Origin: Octopus vulgaris
Lineage: Eukaryota
NCBI GenBank assembly: GCA_951406725.2
Contig: OX597829.1
Coordinates: 35,836,001 to 35,900,000, forward strand
Reading direction: 5' to 3'
Length of the DNA stretch: 64,000 nucleotides
Part shown: positions 14,188-27,779 of the stretch, one piece after another
Numbering within the stretch: the stretch's first letter is position 1
How the letters are laid out: the number at the start of each line of letters is the position of its first letter
Program-made: the position numbers and the translations under genes
Notes under the pieces: model-generated
What the model was told of the DNA's origin: nothing
The model's database searches: none
What the model saw: the letters and a program-made list of their open reading frames with translations, nothing else

Positions 14188-14401
14188 TGGCAGAAACGTT
14201 TACACGCCGGGCGAAATGCGTAGCCGTATTTCGTCTTTCGTTACGTTCCGAGTTCAAATTCCGCCGAGGTCAACTTTGCCTTTCATCCTTTCGGGGTCGA
14301 TAAATTAAGTACCAGTTACGCACTGGGATCGATGTAATCGACTTAATCCCTTTGTCCTTGTTTTTCCCCTCCGTGTTTATCCCCTTGTGGGGTAAAGAAA
14401 A

Positions 14402-14402
<1 letters not shown>
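14188..14402 (+). mobile_element. tRNA-derived SINE (dominant family A, Meta/MESC-like core)
   Basis: TGGCAGAAACGTT...GAGTTCAAATTCCGCCGAGGTC...GCCTTTCATCCTTTCGGGGTCGATAAATTAAGTACCAG...CCCCTTGTGGG; assignment of the core to the Meta domain is from memory. Confidence 0.88.
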
Positions 14403-14493
<91 letters not shown>

Positions 14494-14668
14494 TACACAT
14501 ATGTATATAAACATACATACATACTTATACAGCACGAAACTTAGCAGCTGCGCTCGATATTGTACTGTGCATAAGCAGTTCCCTCAATGCAAAATATGAC
14601 CTATGGGATGAAACTAAAAGAACAGCAAACCTACTCACTGGAGTGAAGAGGTGAAGTTTATGCAATCA

Positions 14669-14721
<53 letters not shown>

Positions 14722-14745
14722 GATTGCAATATATATATATATATA

Positions 14746-15039
14746 CAATAATAAAAGGAAAATCGAGAGTATAGAATATAAAAATAAATATAAATAAAAT
14801 CCCTACAATTTTTTTCGATTCAAACCCCAAAACCGACAGCAAATTCATAAAATTTCATATTATGGAAATATTTTGGGCTAAGATTCTAAACAGGGTAACG
14901 AACGAAAATAACATATGAAAAGTTTTAAACCACAGTCTGTTTTGTGATTTCAAATTATATTATTGTAATAATAATATAATATTATGTTAATAAATCAACA
15001 TATGTTTAATTTGATCTATCCATTTTCCTTTTATTATTG
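14746..15039. mobile_element. Small element with ~24-bp inverted ends in TA-rich context (MITE or PLE-derived)
   Basis: CAATAATAAAAGGAAAATCGAGAG ... CTATCCATTTTCCTTTTATTATTG. Confidence 0.5.
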
Positions 15040-15849
15040 CATACTATGTATATATACCCATTAATATTGGAAAATTTTTTATACTAAATATGTATTATAT
15101 ATTGAGTAGAGAACAGTTAACCATTCAAAATTGGATGTTTTACATTCTTATGAGAGGAGCTTATTTCTTTGCATTGGATATATATATACACACACATATA
15201 TATATATATGTATGACTCTGTGTGTATGTGTACCTACATGCATACATATCTATTCACGCATATATACATATCGAACATCTTGAAAGTTCTAGCGCCAAAC
15301 TTTGTGATCGTAATCTTTACCAATCCCTGAACTGGACGCCACTACATAGCAAAGGGCCCTGTAAAAGTTAGGGTTCAAAGCTCCAACACTTTCAATAACG
15401 TGCCGCAAATATGCACAGATCTACAAGAAATAGTTTAATTGCATCTGAGGTTCCAAATGAATTTATTTCTGGTCAAGAAACACAAAGGAAGGCGTGATAT
15501 CCAGCTCCCGCATACACAGAAAAAAATATACTCATGAGTATTAATAAGAACTAAATTTAAAACTACACCAGTACTGAAACTCCAGCATGGCCACAGCTTT
15601 AGATGGACAATTTAAATAGAAAAAGAGACAATATATATATATTTATATCTCTGAATATATATGTATATATATATATATAAATATATATATATATATTTTT
15701 ATACATGTATATATATTTACATATATTTATATATCTATGGATATATATATGTATGTATATATATATATACATATATATATTCATAGATATATAAATATAT
15801 ATACAAACTATCTATCTATCTGTCTGTCTGTCTGTCTGTCTGTCTGACT

Positions 15850-17115
<1,266 letters not shown>

Positions 17116-17365
17116 GTGTGAACTGTTTGAGATTATCTGAAGAGCGGAACTGATTCATCTTTATCCAAAATTATACTGTCAGTCTACGATCAGAAAAGTC
17201 TGCAAGAATTTTTATAAATTTCTCTCCCTCCAAACCTATTGATGTGAAGCACATATAAATATAGATAAATGCATATAAATTATAAAATCTCAGGAAATTA
17301 GACAGGTGTATATGCACACACACATTGACTAACTCACACACATTGACTAACTCACACACATTGAC

Positions 17366-17405
<40 letters not shown>

Positions 17406-18849
17406 GCTCTTACAGATTAACGTACGTATGTGTTGTTTCTTTATTCTAGTTTATACATATATACATATATGTCTGCGTATTTTTCTCTATTTTTGAAGAT
17501 GTTGTATATGTCTGAATGTGTATATGTCTCTTCGCTTATATCAACGCTCAAAGACACTCTCATTCCCCTAGTATGTGTATGTACTAAAATGTTTATACAC
17601 ATACATATATGTCTTTGAGTATATATTTCTGTATATGTTTGTCTTTGTGTGCGTGTATTAATAATGTATTTTATCTTTGTCATTGTATGAATATAAACTA
17701 AGTTACAGAAGATCAAACGTTACTTCAGCCCTCCCTGAAAAAAAATATCAAAAATAAAGAACAATGGATAGAAATGAAATGTAAAATATCCATCTCGATT
17801 AGTATTTTGTCATAAAACAAAGACGATCTCTATAATGTATGTTGACTATTATTTTATAAAATATACCACAATTTTGAAAATATTAAGGGAAATACTCAAG
17901 ACATTAAAGGAACGATTGAGAACAAGAATATTCACATTGGTCTTCCTAAAGGATATACACTCCTATGCATTTAATCAGTGTAAATACAATTGGATATAAA
18001 ATTATATGAAATATGTGTATATGCGATTATATACATGGTGAGAGAAAGTAAAAACTAGTTTGATGCAATCAATAATCTCGGAAGCGGTGAGGTTAGTAAA
18101 AAAGCCAAACATGTTATCTTTAATTCGGTTTTGTACGTATCCTCTTCTATATTCGTGAATGTTGGATAATGACCGAAAGAACACGATCGCGAATATAAGC
18201 AGCCGAAATGTGGGAAGAATCTCAGGAGTAACGATGCCCGACAAGGAACATAGCTCATAGATTAGAGTCTCTCCAGGTCGGACCGCTACATTTCTGTATT
18301 GAAAGGTCATACATCCAGCAAAACGGATATGTGATTAGAAAGCCACGGAAAAGACTCGCGAGATAGCTTCTTCAAATCTAGCCAACAGGAAGGAGACATA
18401 ATGGCAGGAGAACGAGATGTTTGGATAACATCCATAGTCTCAGTGGGTCGCTCTTGGGAATCCAGCCGGAAAGTGTAATGGTGGTTGCTCCTCATAGGAC
18501 CCCTTGGAAGAGGTGTCTGAGGTCACTATCATAGCAGCCCACCCAAGATTATCGAATATTGATAATGAATGAATGAATGGATGGATGGATGGATGGATGA
18601 ATGGATGGATGGATGGATGGATGGATAGATGGATGGATGGATGCATGGATGGATAAATGGAAGGATGGAAGTATGGACGGATGGATGGATAGATGGAGGG
18701 ATAAAAGAATAATCTTTCGAAGAGATGCAATGACTTCATCGGTAAAATGTATACTGATTAGTCGTACACAGTCGCTAACGGCAGAACTGCCGGCCAACAG
18801 CACTCTGAAGATTCACTAATGCAACTAGAGTTATTGATGATAAGAATAA

Positions 18850-19063
18850 TGATTTCAAGTTTAGGCACAAAGTCAACAACTTCCGGAGAAAGGGATAAGT
18901 CGATTACATCGACCCCAGTGCTCCACTAGTACTAATTTTATCGATCCTGAAAGGATAAAACGCAGAGCCGACCACGGCAGAATTTGAACTCAGAACGTCA
19001 AGACAAACTAAATGCTGCTAAGCATTTTGCCTGGCGTGCTAACGATTCTGCAAGCTCGTTGCC

Positions 19064-19065
<2 letters not shown>
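18850..19065 (-). mobile_element. SINE family A copy
   Basis: AAGTCGATTACATCGACCCCAGTG...GAATTTGAACTCAGAACGT...GCTAACGATTCTGC. Confidence 0.82.
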
Positions 19066-19410
<345 letters not shown>

Positions 19411-19439
19411 GGAGAGGAAGATCAACAGCAACAACATCG

Positions 19440-20990
19440 ACAAACGTTAGAGAGAAGAGTATGTGAGAAGCAACTCTGTAAGACTAATTTCAGCTGCCAG
19501 AGGAGAGGGGAAAGAAGTTGTGGAGACGGCAGTTGAATACAAGAAAAGAAAACAGGAGCGAGGAAGACGTTAAGCATTTCAGACAAACACAAGACGTTTC
19601 AGCAGAGGAATCGTGGTTATGGCTGAAGAATGGGGACCTTAAGAATGAAACAGAAGGACCTCATAATGGCTTCTCAAAGCCAGTTATTGGGGACGAATAT
19701 CAAGACGAAAATATACAAATACACGAGAAGTGCATTGTTCAGAGTATGTAATGAGAAAGAGGAATCCGTTATACACATTATGAGTTCGTTGGAGAGAAGG
19801 ATTATAGAAGCAGACACGATTGCATGTCCAAAGCACTACATTGGAACATATAAAGCACTTAAACTACAGAGATATGAACAGGGAATTGAGAAGTACGGAT
19901 TAAACGGAGTTTTCGAACAGAATCAGATACTGGATGAGAAAGAGAAAGGTGAAAAGGCCGTGCCGGATGCTGAAGAAAGCAAAAGATTCTGGTCAAACAT
20001 ATGGTCTCGGGAGAAGCAACACGAAACTGAAGCAGAGTGGTTAAAGATACTCAAAGAGGAGAGTAGAGAGTATCAGAATGAGAATAACAGAAGAGGTTAT
20101 AAGAGATCAATGCAGGAAATATTTTTAACTGGAAAGCGCCTGGCTCAGATGGGGTTCAAGACTTTTGGTTTAAAGACTTGACAGCGCCGCACAGGAGAAT
20201 TGCGAGACAGATGGACGAAATACTGACTAGTGACATCCGAGTACCGGCCTAGATGACAAAAAGAACGGTACTATGCCAGAAGGATTCAAATGAAGGGAAT
20301 GCGGTTGAAATCTTCCGACCAGTATCTTGTTTGCCAGTGCTGTGGAAACTAATGATGAGCATCATATCAAACAGCATCTATAAGTACCTAGATGAGAACG
20401 ATCTGCTAATAGTGGAACAAAAAGGGTATAGACGTAAGAGTAGAGGAACGAAGGATCAATTAATAATCGATAATACTATCTTGGCTGATTGCAAGAAAAG
20501 ACAAAAAATTGCCGATAGCATATGACATGGTCCCACACTCAAGGTCTCCCACAATATCCTGAAGTTGATACAAAACTCAATGGCAACGTGCAGAACTGAA
20601 CAAATAGCATGGGGAGATAAGCTGGGAGGGGTAAATATCAAAAGAGGAATCAAGGAAACGGTCTGATTCCTCTCCTATTCTCTGCATACTGCCACTAACG
20701 ATCCTTTTTTAGAAAGATGCATGCGTGGTATATGCTAGGCAGGGTGAAAGTTAACAGCCTGTGGTTTATGGATGACATAAAGCTATTCGCTAAGACCGAG
20801 AAAAAAAATTGAGTTTGATGACAAATGTGCAGATGAGTGACAAAATCGGACACCTGCAAAATACTGTGAGATTTTCCAATCCAAACAGATCAGGTGGTAG
20901 ATCATAACAATCCGGACCTAGTGGTGGTGGACAAGATGTACCACATGTGCCATACAATTGATGTTGAGCGCACCTTCGACTTGGTCCATG
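19440..20990 (+). mobile_element. Decayed, rearranged Dong/R4-like non-LTR retrotransposon
   Basis: SWLWLKNGDLKNETEG and knuckle CNEKEESVIHIMSS; NWKAPGSDGV; [13 protein letters not shown]; [19 protein letters not shown]; WFMDDIKLFAK (RT catalytic); HNNPDLVVVDK...ID (REL PD..D). Confidence 0.85.
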
Positions 20991-21229
20991 GGAACGTAAA
21001 TTCACGTTGCTGTGGATTCATAAGTTTGTGTGTATGATGTGATATCATGAATATGGGTAATGCACATATATCTGTGTAATCAAAGTGTTCAACTTATGCT
21101 CGGGGGGGGGGGGCATATCTCTTTTATGCATAATGTTCATATAATGAATATAAATGTTCAGAGAAAAACATAGCCAGGCTGGAGAGAGGGCAAAGTAGGT
21201 GGAGAGTCATGCTTGGCATTTCGAAGTGT

Positions 21230-23830
21230 AAATTGTTGTTTATGCATGGAGTGGGAGAAGGTTTTATCCCTAATATCTAAAACGCTCGCTGTTAATATTT
21301 AGTGTTTCAGCTCGCAGTTACTGCTCCGTATCCATGTTTTTGCTGGCCTTAACTATAACACCCCTGTTTATCTGGGAGTTGCTCACGCCTCTCATTTTAA
21401 GTGGCAATACGATGTTGGATAAAACGTTGTGTGCCATTTGCTTTTATCTGTCATAAAGCCATATGCTGCATATATCCTGTTTTGAAGGTCTTCCCTGTCA
21501 TTCCAATATAGGTTTTTGTTATTCTGTTCATATCCGTAATGTTGGCTTTGTACGAAGTTTGATCAATAATTATCTGGACTGTTGCTATAGTAACGGAGCA
21601 AAAGCACGCAGAGTGACGTCGCTGTTGTGCATGCGCACTAAATATTAACGTCCTAGCTTACTTCTGCTGTTTACAACAGTGCTTGGAAGGAAGGTGTGTA
21701 GGTGATGGTCGCATTGACCATGAAAGAGAAAGCTGTCATGGCGATACCTGCTCAGAGGCCTGCACAAAGTTGCTGAAAGTGTAAGGAGAGGAGTGTATGA
21801 TCCACACACAACTGTACGAGTAGTTCAGGCGTTGCCAAGATGGCCGAAAAATGTCGATATTGACGAACGTTCTGGGAGATCCGCAACCAGGAGAACTGAA
21901 TAAAACATTGCAGATGTGCATGACGGTGTGAGGGGAAATCGTCGAATCACAATACGTTTCAGTTCAGTCCATTATCAGTAAAGATTTGGGTATGAGACGC
22001 GTGTCTGCCCTGCCAAGTTTGAGCCAAAACCGCTTTTAGCTGACCAAAAAGACACGGGTTTCAGTGACACAAGATCTCCTTGATTGTGTTGAGAACGCTG
22101 AAAATGTTTTGAAAACTTTGCGTAGACCTCTGAGTAGGTATCACCAAGATTTGGGCAAAATTTGATGCAGATTTTCTGCTAACTTTCTCTGTCATTGTCA
22201 ATGCGACGATCACACGCTACGCACGTTCCTTCCATACACTGCTGTAAACAGCGGAAGTAAGTTGAAACGATAAAACTTACTGCACATGCACAGTAGTGTT
22301 CAATGTCAATCTGTGCTAAGCGGCTTCACTCTCCGTACTTTAGTTTTGTTACTATGCCAACTGTCCGGATACTTATGGATCATACCACATACACTAGTTT
22401 TGTTTCCAAGCACATAAGGGGACAGCTGTCCAGGGATCCGCAATTACAAGAGCTTTGGGGAGATATTCCTAATGTTGCAGCTGAATATATTTATTGTAGT
22501 TGAATAATACTGGACAGACAGCTATAATACATTGACTGTATTTCTATTGAAGATCCCGTGGTATTTATGTAACTGTAGGTAGGAGTTATCTATGAGTTTT
22601 AGGAATTGTCTAGCTATGTAAGAGGCTAAATCAATACGGTATGGGAAATTGTACCATAAAACTTTCTTCTGCTTGCGTTTCCTTGATCTTTCTACATTTA
22701 GTTCAATATAATTTATGCTGCTCTTTAAAGTTTGATCTTTTTAATGTAGCCTTATAGTATATAGAGCAGCCGTTTCGAAAGAAGCTTTATCAGCGGACAG
22801 TTTGGAAAGGCAATTAACTAATTATTTTATGATTGACGGTGGGTAGTTACAGCATATATCAATATATGAACTAGTTGCATTTGGTTTATGGTAGAGATTA
22901 AATTCGCCTGTACTAAAATTCATGTTCATGCCTGGGAAATTAACTTCTTTAAGGTTAGTGTTAATTGTAGTTTCCAGGTTTAGTTAGCTTAGTATTTTGT
23001 ATAATTATTTCTTAAGTTATCCACATCACGTCCATTTTTGTTGTGTACCACTTCAAGACCGTCATCCCTATATAGTTCCATGTCAGCTTCTTTTATCTGT
23101 TTTTAAGAACATCTAGGATATAAAAGTTAGCCAGATCAACTATCTCTGCACCATCATAGCCCCCCCGTAGCGGAATCAAATAGCTCATAGTCATTATTTT
23201 CACCCAATAGCAATCGTCATAAAAAATAATGACTTCTCTGCATTCATTATTATGTTTATATCAGTATTGGAGAAGATTACATTTGGAGGAGGTTTTAGGA
23301 GATTGAGGAGAAAAACTCCATGATCTCGAACTGGATGAACTTGCATTTGGGCATATTTTCAATTTTCTTGAAACAATCAAAGGTTGCGCTGCTACATATA
23401 TATATAAGTAATATATACTATGAGCATTAGTTAAGAAGGTGTCAAAGGACATATAATAATAGGAACATGCAATGAATATTAGAGTAACCAAATGTCTAAA
23501 ATCCGACATTAAGTACAGTGATGCAAGATCCACAAAAATAAGGATTGTTTATACGCAATGTAATAGTCGAGCTGATACAGGTATAACAGAACAAAATAAG
23601 AACAGGCAGTAGCAAAGCATCAAAACAATTTATAGCATATTTATATAACACTGTGAATAAGAAATGATATACGAATACATGATATACGGATATTGCAGCA
23701 AACGAAGAAGGTGCGGAGGTTGAAATATCATAGAAATTCGGTGTAGACCAATTTACTCTAGGATGAGGTAGAAGAGTATTCGAGAGATCCTTAATGTTGA
23801 TTTGTTCTGTATTCCTAACATCCATAGAAT
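21230..23830 (-). mobile_element. Penelope-like element pseudogene (RT, Cys-rich linker, C-terminal GIY-YIG), interrupted by a mariner
   Basis: Minus strand reads KFIQFEIMEFFSSIS, GYDGAEIVDL, LYRDDGL, YHKPN..YI..CNYPPSII, HKYHGIFNRNTV, then CNCGSLDSCPLMCLETKLV|YKANITDMNRITKTYIGMTGKTFKT. Confidence 0.85.
21551..22391 (+). mobile_element. Mariner-like non-autonomous element with long inverted ends and TA target duplication
   Basis: TA-flanked termini TACGAAGTTTGATCAATAATTATCTGGACTGTTG / CAACTGTCCGGATACTTATGGATCATACCACATA; internal transposase N-terminus ..FRRCQDGRK.VDIDERSGR. Confidence 0.85.
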
Positions 23831-23937
23831 CACTGTTGAGAAACTTGCAAGTGACAAATAGGGTGATACAGATAGAACTCTACATGGGTTTCTGGCATAG
23901 ATGCATATTAGAGATAGAACTGTGAATTTTACTTATA

Positions 23938-24170
23938 TATTTCTTTACTGCCCACAAGGGGCTAAACATAGAGGGCACAAACAAGGACAGACAAAGGGAG
24001 TAAGTCGATTACATCGACCCCAGTGCGAAACTGGTACTTTATTTATCAACCCCGAAAGGATGAAAGGTAAAGTCGACCTCGGCAGAATTTGAACTCAGAA
24101 CGTAGCGACAGACGAAATACCGCTAAATATTTCGCCCGGCGCGCTAACATTTCTGCCAGCTCGCCGCCTT
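23938..24170 (-). mobile_element. SINE family A, full length
   Basis: Full match to the other copies, from TATTTCTTTACTGCCCACAAGGGG to CTGCCAGCTCGCCGCCTT. Confidence 0.92.
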
Positions 24171-24711
24171 ATATACATATAAACATAAGGTAGATTGGAG
24201 AAATTTACTGTGTATAAAGCAGTACATATGGTGTGCGATGCAGCCCAATGTATGTTGCAGTAGACAAAGCAGAATATGTCTAAGGATGTCTAAGTAGAGA
24301 GGTAAATAGCTTTATACTCGAAGTATAAAATCTACCAAGAGGTTGGCAAGGATCAAGAGACAGTGACTGACAGCTATAGGAACGAGGGATGTTCAAGAGA
24401 AGGATATGAAGAAAGAGAAGTTTGAGAATAGAGGAAGAAAACAGAGGTGTGGAAGATAATAAAGAGGTGACAAGCGGGAGTAGCGTAGCCTTAAAGTTGA
24501 GAATAGGGTGAATAATGAGGTAGAAAGATGTAGGGTGGGAAAGAAAATGAAGAGACGATAAGTTATAATGGAGTAATCACGATTGCCTTATGCTGGTCAC
24601 TTGATCTAGATAAATGGTCAGTACCACATAGGTATTGGTGCTATGTCGGTTGTCAAGCGATGGTCGAGGGTGGGGTGGCGACACAGACGTACAAATGCAT
24701 GCACACACACG

Positions 24712-24770
<59 letters not shown>

Positions 24771-24930
24771 GTATATATACAACGGGCTTTCAGCTTCCGT
24801 CTACAAAATACACTCACATGGCTTTGGTCGGCTCGAGGCTATAGAAGAAGACACTGACCCAGCATGCCAGTGGTACTGAACCCGGAACCATGTGGTTGAA
24901 AAAGCAAACTTTTTACCACACAGCTACTCC

Positions 24931-24962
<32 letters not shown>

Positions 24963-24971
24963 ATATACATG

Positions 24972-25018
<47 letters not shown>

Positions 25019-25022
<4 letters not shown>

Positions 25023-25536
25023 AATATATTAGGGAATAAATCCAAATTTACAGGGAAAAAAATCAGATTTAGGATTAAATCCAATTTTATAGTAAAATAT
25101 TATAAAATATTATTAGAGACAAAACCACTATTTTGCAAAACAAACAAGGAAAGACTTAATCAATACATAAAATTTTAATAAATAGTCAAAAAAACCGCCA
25201 CTACAATCAATATTTTATATTTTATATTTAATTGTTGATAGGTTTATTTTAGTTTATATATTGTTTATATATTGATTATATATGGATTATATATAGGTTA
25301 TATATGGATTATATATTTATATTTTTTCATTCATACTTTAATTATTTTAAAATTATTATTTGTATATTTTAAAATATTGATATTTTAGATTGAAGTCCAC
25401 CTGAAGATTGTCGATCAAGACAAGAAACGATTGTAGTGGCGGTTTTTTTGACTATTTATTAAAATTTTATGTATTGATTAAGTCTTTCCTTGTTTGTTTT
25501 GCAAAATAGTGGTTTTGTCTCTAATAATATTTTATA
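25019..25536 (+). mobile_element. Non-coding PLE-type element with a perfect 108-bp inverted repeat (25101-25208 / 25429-25536), in (TA)n
   Basis: The arms are exact reverse complements; the element contains a hammerhead and is flanked by (TA)n on both sides. Confidence 0.75.
25397..25439 (+). ncRNA. Type I minimal hammerhead ribozyme
   Basis: CCAC-CTGAAGA-TTGTC(GATCAA)GACAA-GAAA-C(GATT)G-TA-GTGG: intact core, 5-bp stem II, 2-bp stem III, GUA cleavage triplet, 4-bp stem I. Confidence 0.85.
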
Positions 25537-25571
25537 TATATATATATATATATACATACATATATATATAT

Positions 25572-25650
<79 letters not shown>

Positions 25651-25907
25651 TTTAACAATTAAGGATAATCTCTTAATAAGGGATCTTAACAAGAAATTAT
25701 CGGGTAGCTAGCGTGAAAACCTCATAAAAGAAAAGAATCCGAAAATAATTTTTTTCTTTTGAACAAATTAATTATATCTATATTGTATAGAGGGCATTAT
25801 TACACATAAATGCCTCACACTAGGAGGGACAAAGTCATTACTACCAAAATTATACTAATCATACCCAAATGCAGTTTTTCAAAGCAAGACATTTAAAAAA
25901 TGAATTT

Positions 25908-25965
25908 AGTTCTGTATCACCGTGATTTCACATTCAACTTACGTCTAATGATCGTCAGCAGAACT
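25908..25965 (-). ncRNA. Type I hammerhead ribozyme, unit 1
   Basis: Minus strand AGTTCTG-CTGACGA-T-CATT-A-GAC(GTAA)GTT-G-AATG-T-GAAA-TCA(CGG)TGA-TA-CAGAACT: 7-bp stem I, GNRA-capped stem II, near-palindromic stem III, AUA site. The first stem II pair is U.U rather than the usual G-C. Confidence 0.8.
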
Positions 25966-26387
25966 GATTCTGAACACATCATAAATAAACTACCAACCTT
26001 ACGTAGCGAAGACGAACAGACAACTGCTCACTCCGGCCAAGCACATGGAATGTTTATAAATCATATATCCGGTAAATGGCGGGCTTTTTACGAACTGCAT
26101 GTCGGGTAATGAAAAGTATTTCGGAATAAGTTTAACAATTAAGGATAATCTCTTAATAAGGGATCTTAACAAGAAATTATCGGGTAGCTAGCGTGAAAAC
26201 CTCATAAAAGAAAAGAATCCGAAAATAATTTTTTTCTTTTGAACAAATTAATTATATCTATATTGTATAGAGGGCATTATTACACATAAATGCCTCACAC
26301 TAGGAGGGACAAAGTCATTACTACCAAAATTATACTAATCATACCCAAATGCAGTTTTTCAAAGCAAGACATTTAAAAAATGAATTT

Positions 26388-26445
26388 AGTTCTGTATCAC
26401 CGTGATTTCACATTCAACTTACGTCTAATGATCGTCAGCAGAACT
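26388..26445 (-). ncRNA. Type I hammerhead ribozyme, unit 2
   Basis: Identical to 25908-25965. Confidence 0.8.
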
Positions 26446-26866
26446 GATTCTGAACACATCATAAATAAACTACCAACCTTACGTAGCGAAGACGAACAGA
26501 CAACTGCTCACTCCGGCCAAGCACATGGAATGTTTATAAATCATATATCCGGTAAATGGCGGGCTTTTTACGAACTGCATGTCGGGTAATGAAAAGTATT
26601 TCGGAATAAGTTTAACAATTAAGGATAATCTCTTAATAAGGGATCTTAACAAGAAATTATCGGGTAGCTAGCGTGAAAACCTCATAAAAGAAAAGAATCC
26701 GAAAATAATTTTTTTCTTTTGAACAAATTAATTATATCTATATTGTATAGAGGGCATTATTACACATAAATGCCTCACACTAGGAGGGACAAAGTCATTA
26801 CTACCAAAATTATACTAATCATACCCAAATGCAGTTTTTCAAAGCAAGACATTTAAAAATGAATTT

Positions 26867-26924
26867 AGTTCTGTATCACCGTGATTTCACATTCAACTTA
26901 CGTCTAATGATCGTCAGCAGAACT
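26867..26924 (-). ncRNA. Type I hammerhead ribozyme, unit 3
   Basis: Identical to 25908-25965. Confidence 0.8.
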
Positions 26925-27097
26925 GATTCTGAACACATCATAAATAAACTACCAACCTTACGTAGCGAAGACGAACAGACAACTGCTCACTCCGGCCAAG
27001 CACATGGAATGTTTATAAATCATATATCCGGTAAATGGCGGGCTTTTTACGAACTGCATGTCGGGTAATGAAAAGTATTTCGGAATAAGTTTAACAA

Positions 27098-27150
<53 letters not shown>

Positions 27151-27424
27151 GAACTTCTCGTCCTTGTTAAGGAGAGCAGAGTACGTTGTATCTACGGCAG
27201 AAGCCATGCTGTGGGAAATCATCAGGTGTCCTACTGTCACACCCTTTCACGATCTATGCATTTCCATCGTTAGTTAAAATATTGCTAGTGCGTCGTGAAT
27301 GATGTCTGTTTTTCGATGAATGATGATACCAGTGCTATGTCTAACGTTATCTAAAAGTTGTCCCCACATCACTAATATAGTTTATAGGTTTATTATGGCT
27401 AGTATGATTCTTGCTGATATAATT

Positions 27425-27484
<60 letters not shown>

Positions 27485-27779
27485 AAATATTTGGTAGACT
27501 GAGGCAAATTTCTGCATCACTTGCTACACCACCGTGTTGCTGAGGTGTGTGCAGCATTGTGTGTTCATTTCTCCTGTTGGGAGTTTGCGAACTCTTCCCA
27601 TTATTATATTGTGTTAGGTTTTTATTACCTTGTGGTGTGGTGCTGTCTTTTTCTTTGTGTTACTGCTTGTATTGTATGTTGAGTTTGAAATGCTTTGGTT
27701 TCTTAGTTTGCTGGTAGGAATTTATAATTATTATTCTTGTTGTTGCTGTTGTTATTATTATGAAAACACACAGCTTATA

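Larger units (their letters stand above)
25646..27101 (-). mobile_element. Tandem array of 3 x 480-bp hammerhead-containing units plus ~16 bp (retrozyme or PLE pseudo-LTR-like), in (TA)n
   Basis: Units start at ~25647, 26127 and 26607, with a partial unit at 27086; they look identical except for a 1-nt homopolymer deletion in unit 3; (TA)n on both flanks. Confidence 0.85.

Noticed and set aside
25900-27068. Triplicated 69-aa ORF MNLVLYHRDF... as a tandem gene family
   Set aside because: It is a by-product of the 480-bp repeat, antisense to the ribozyme, with no recognisable domain.
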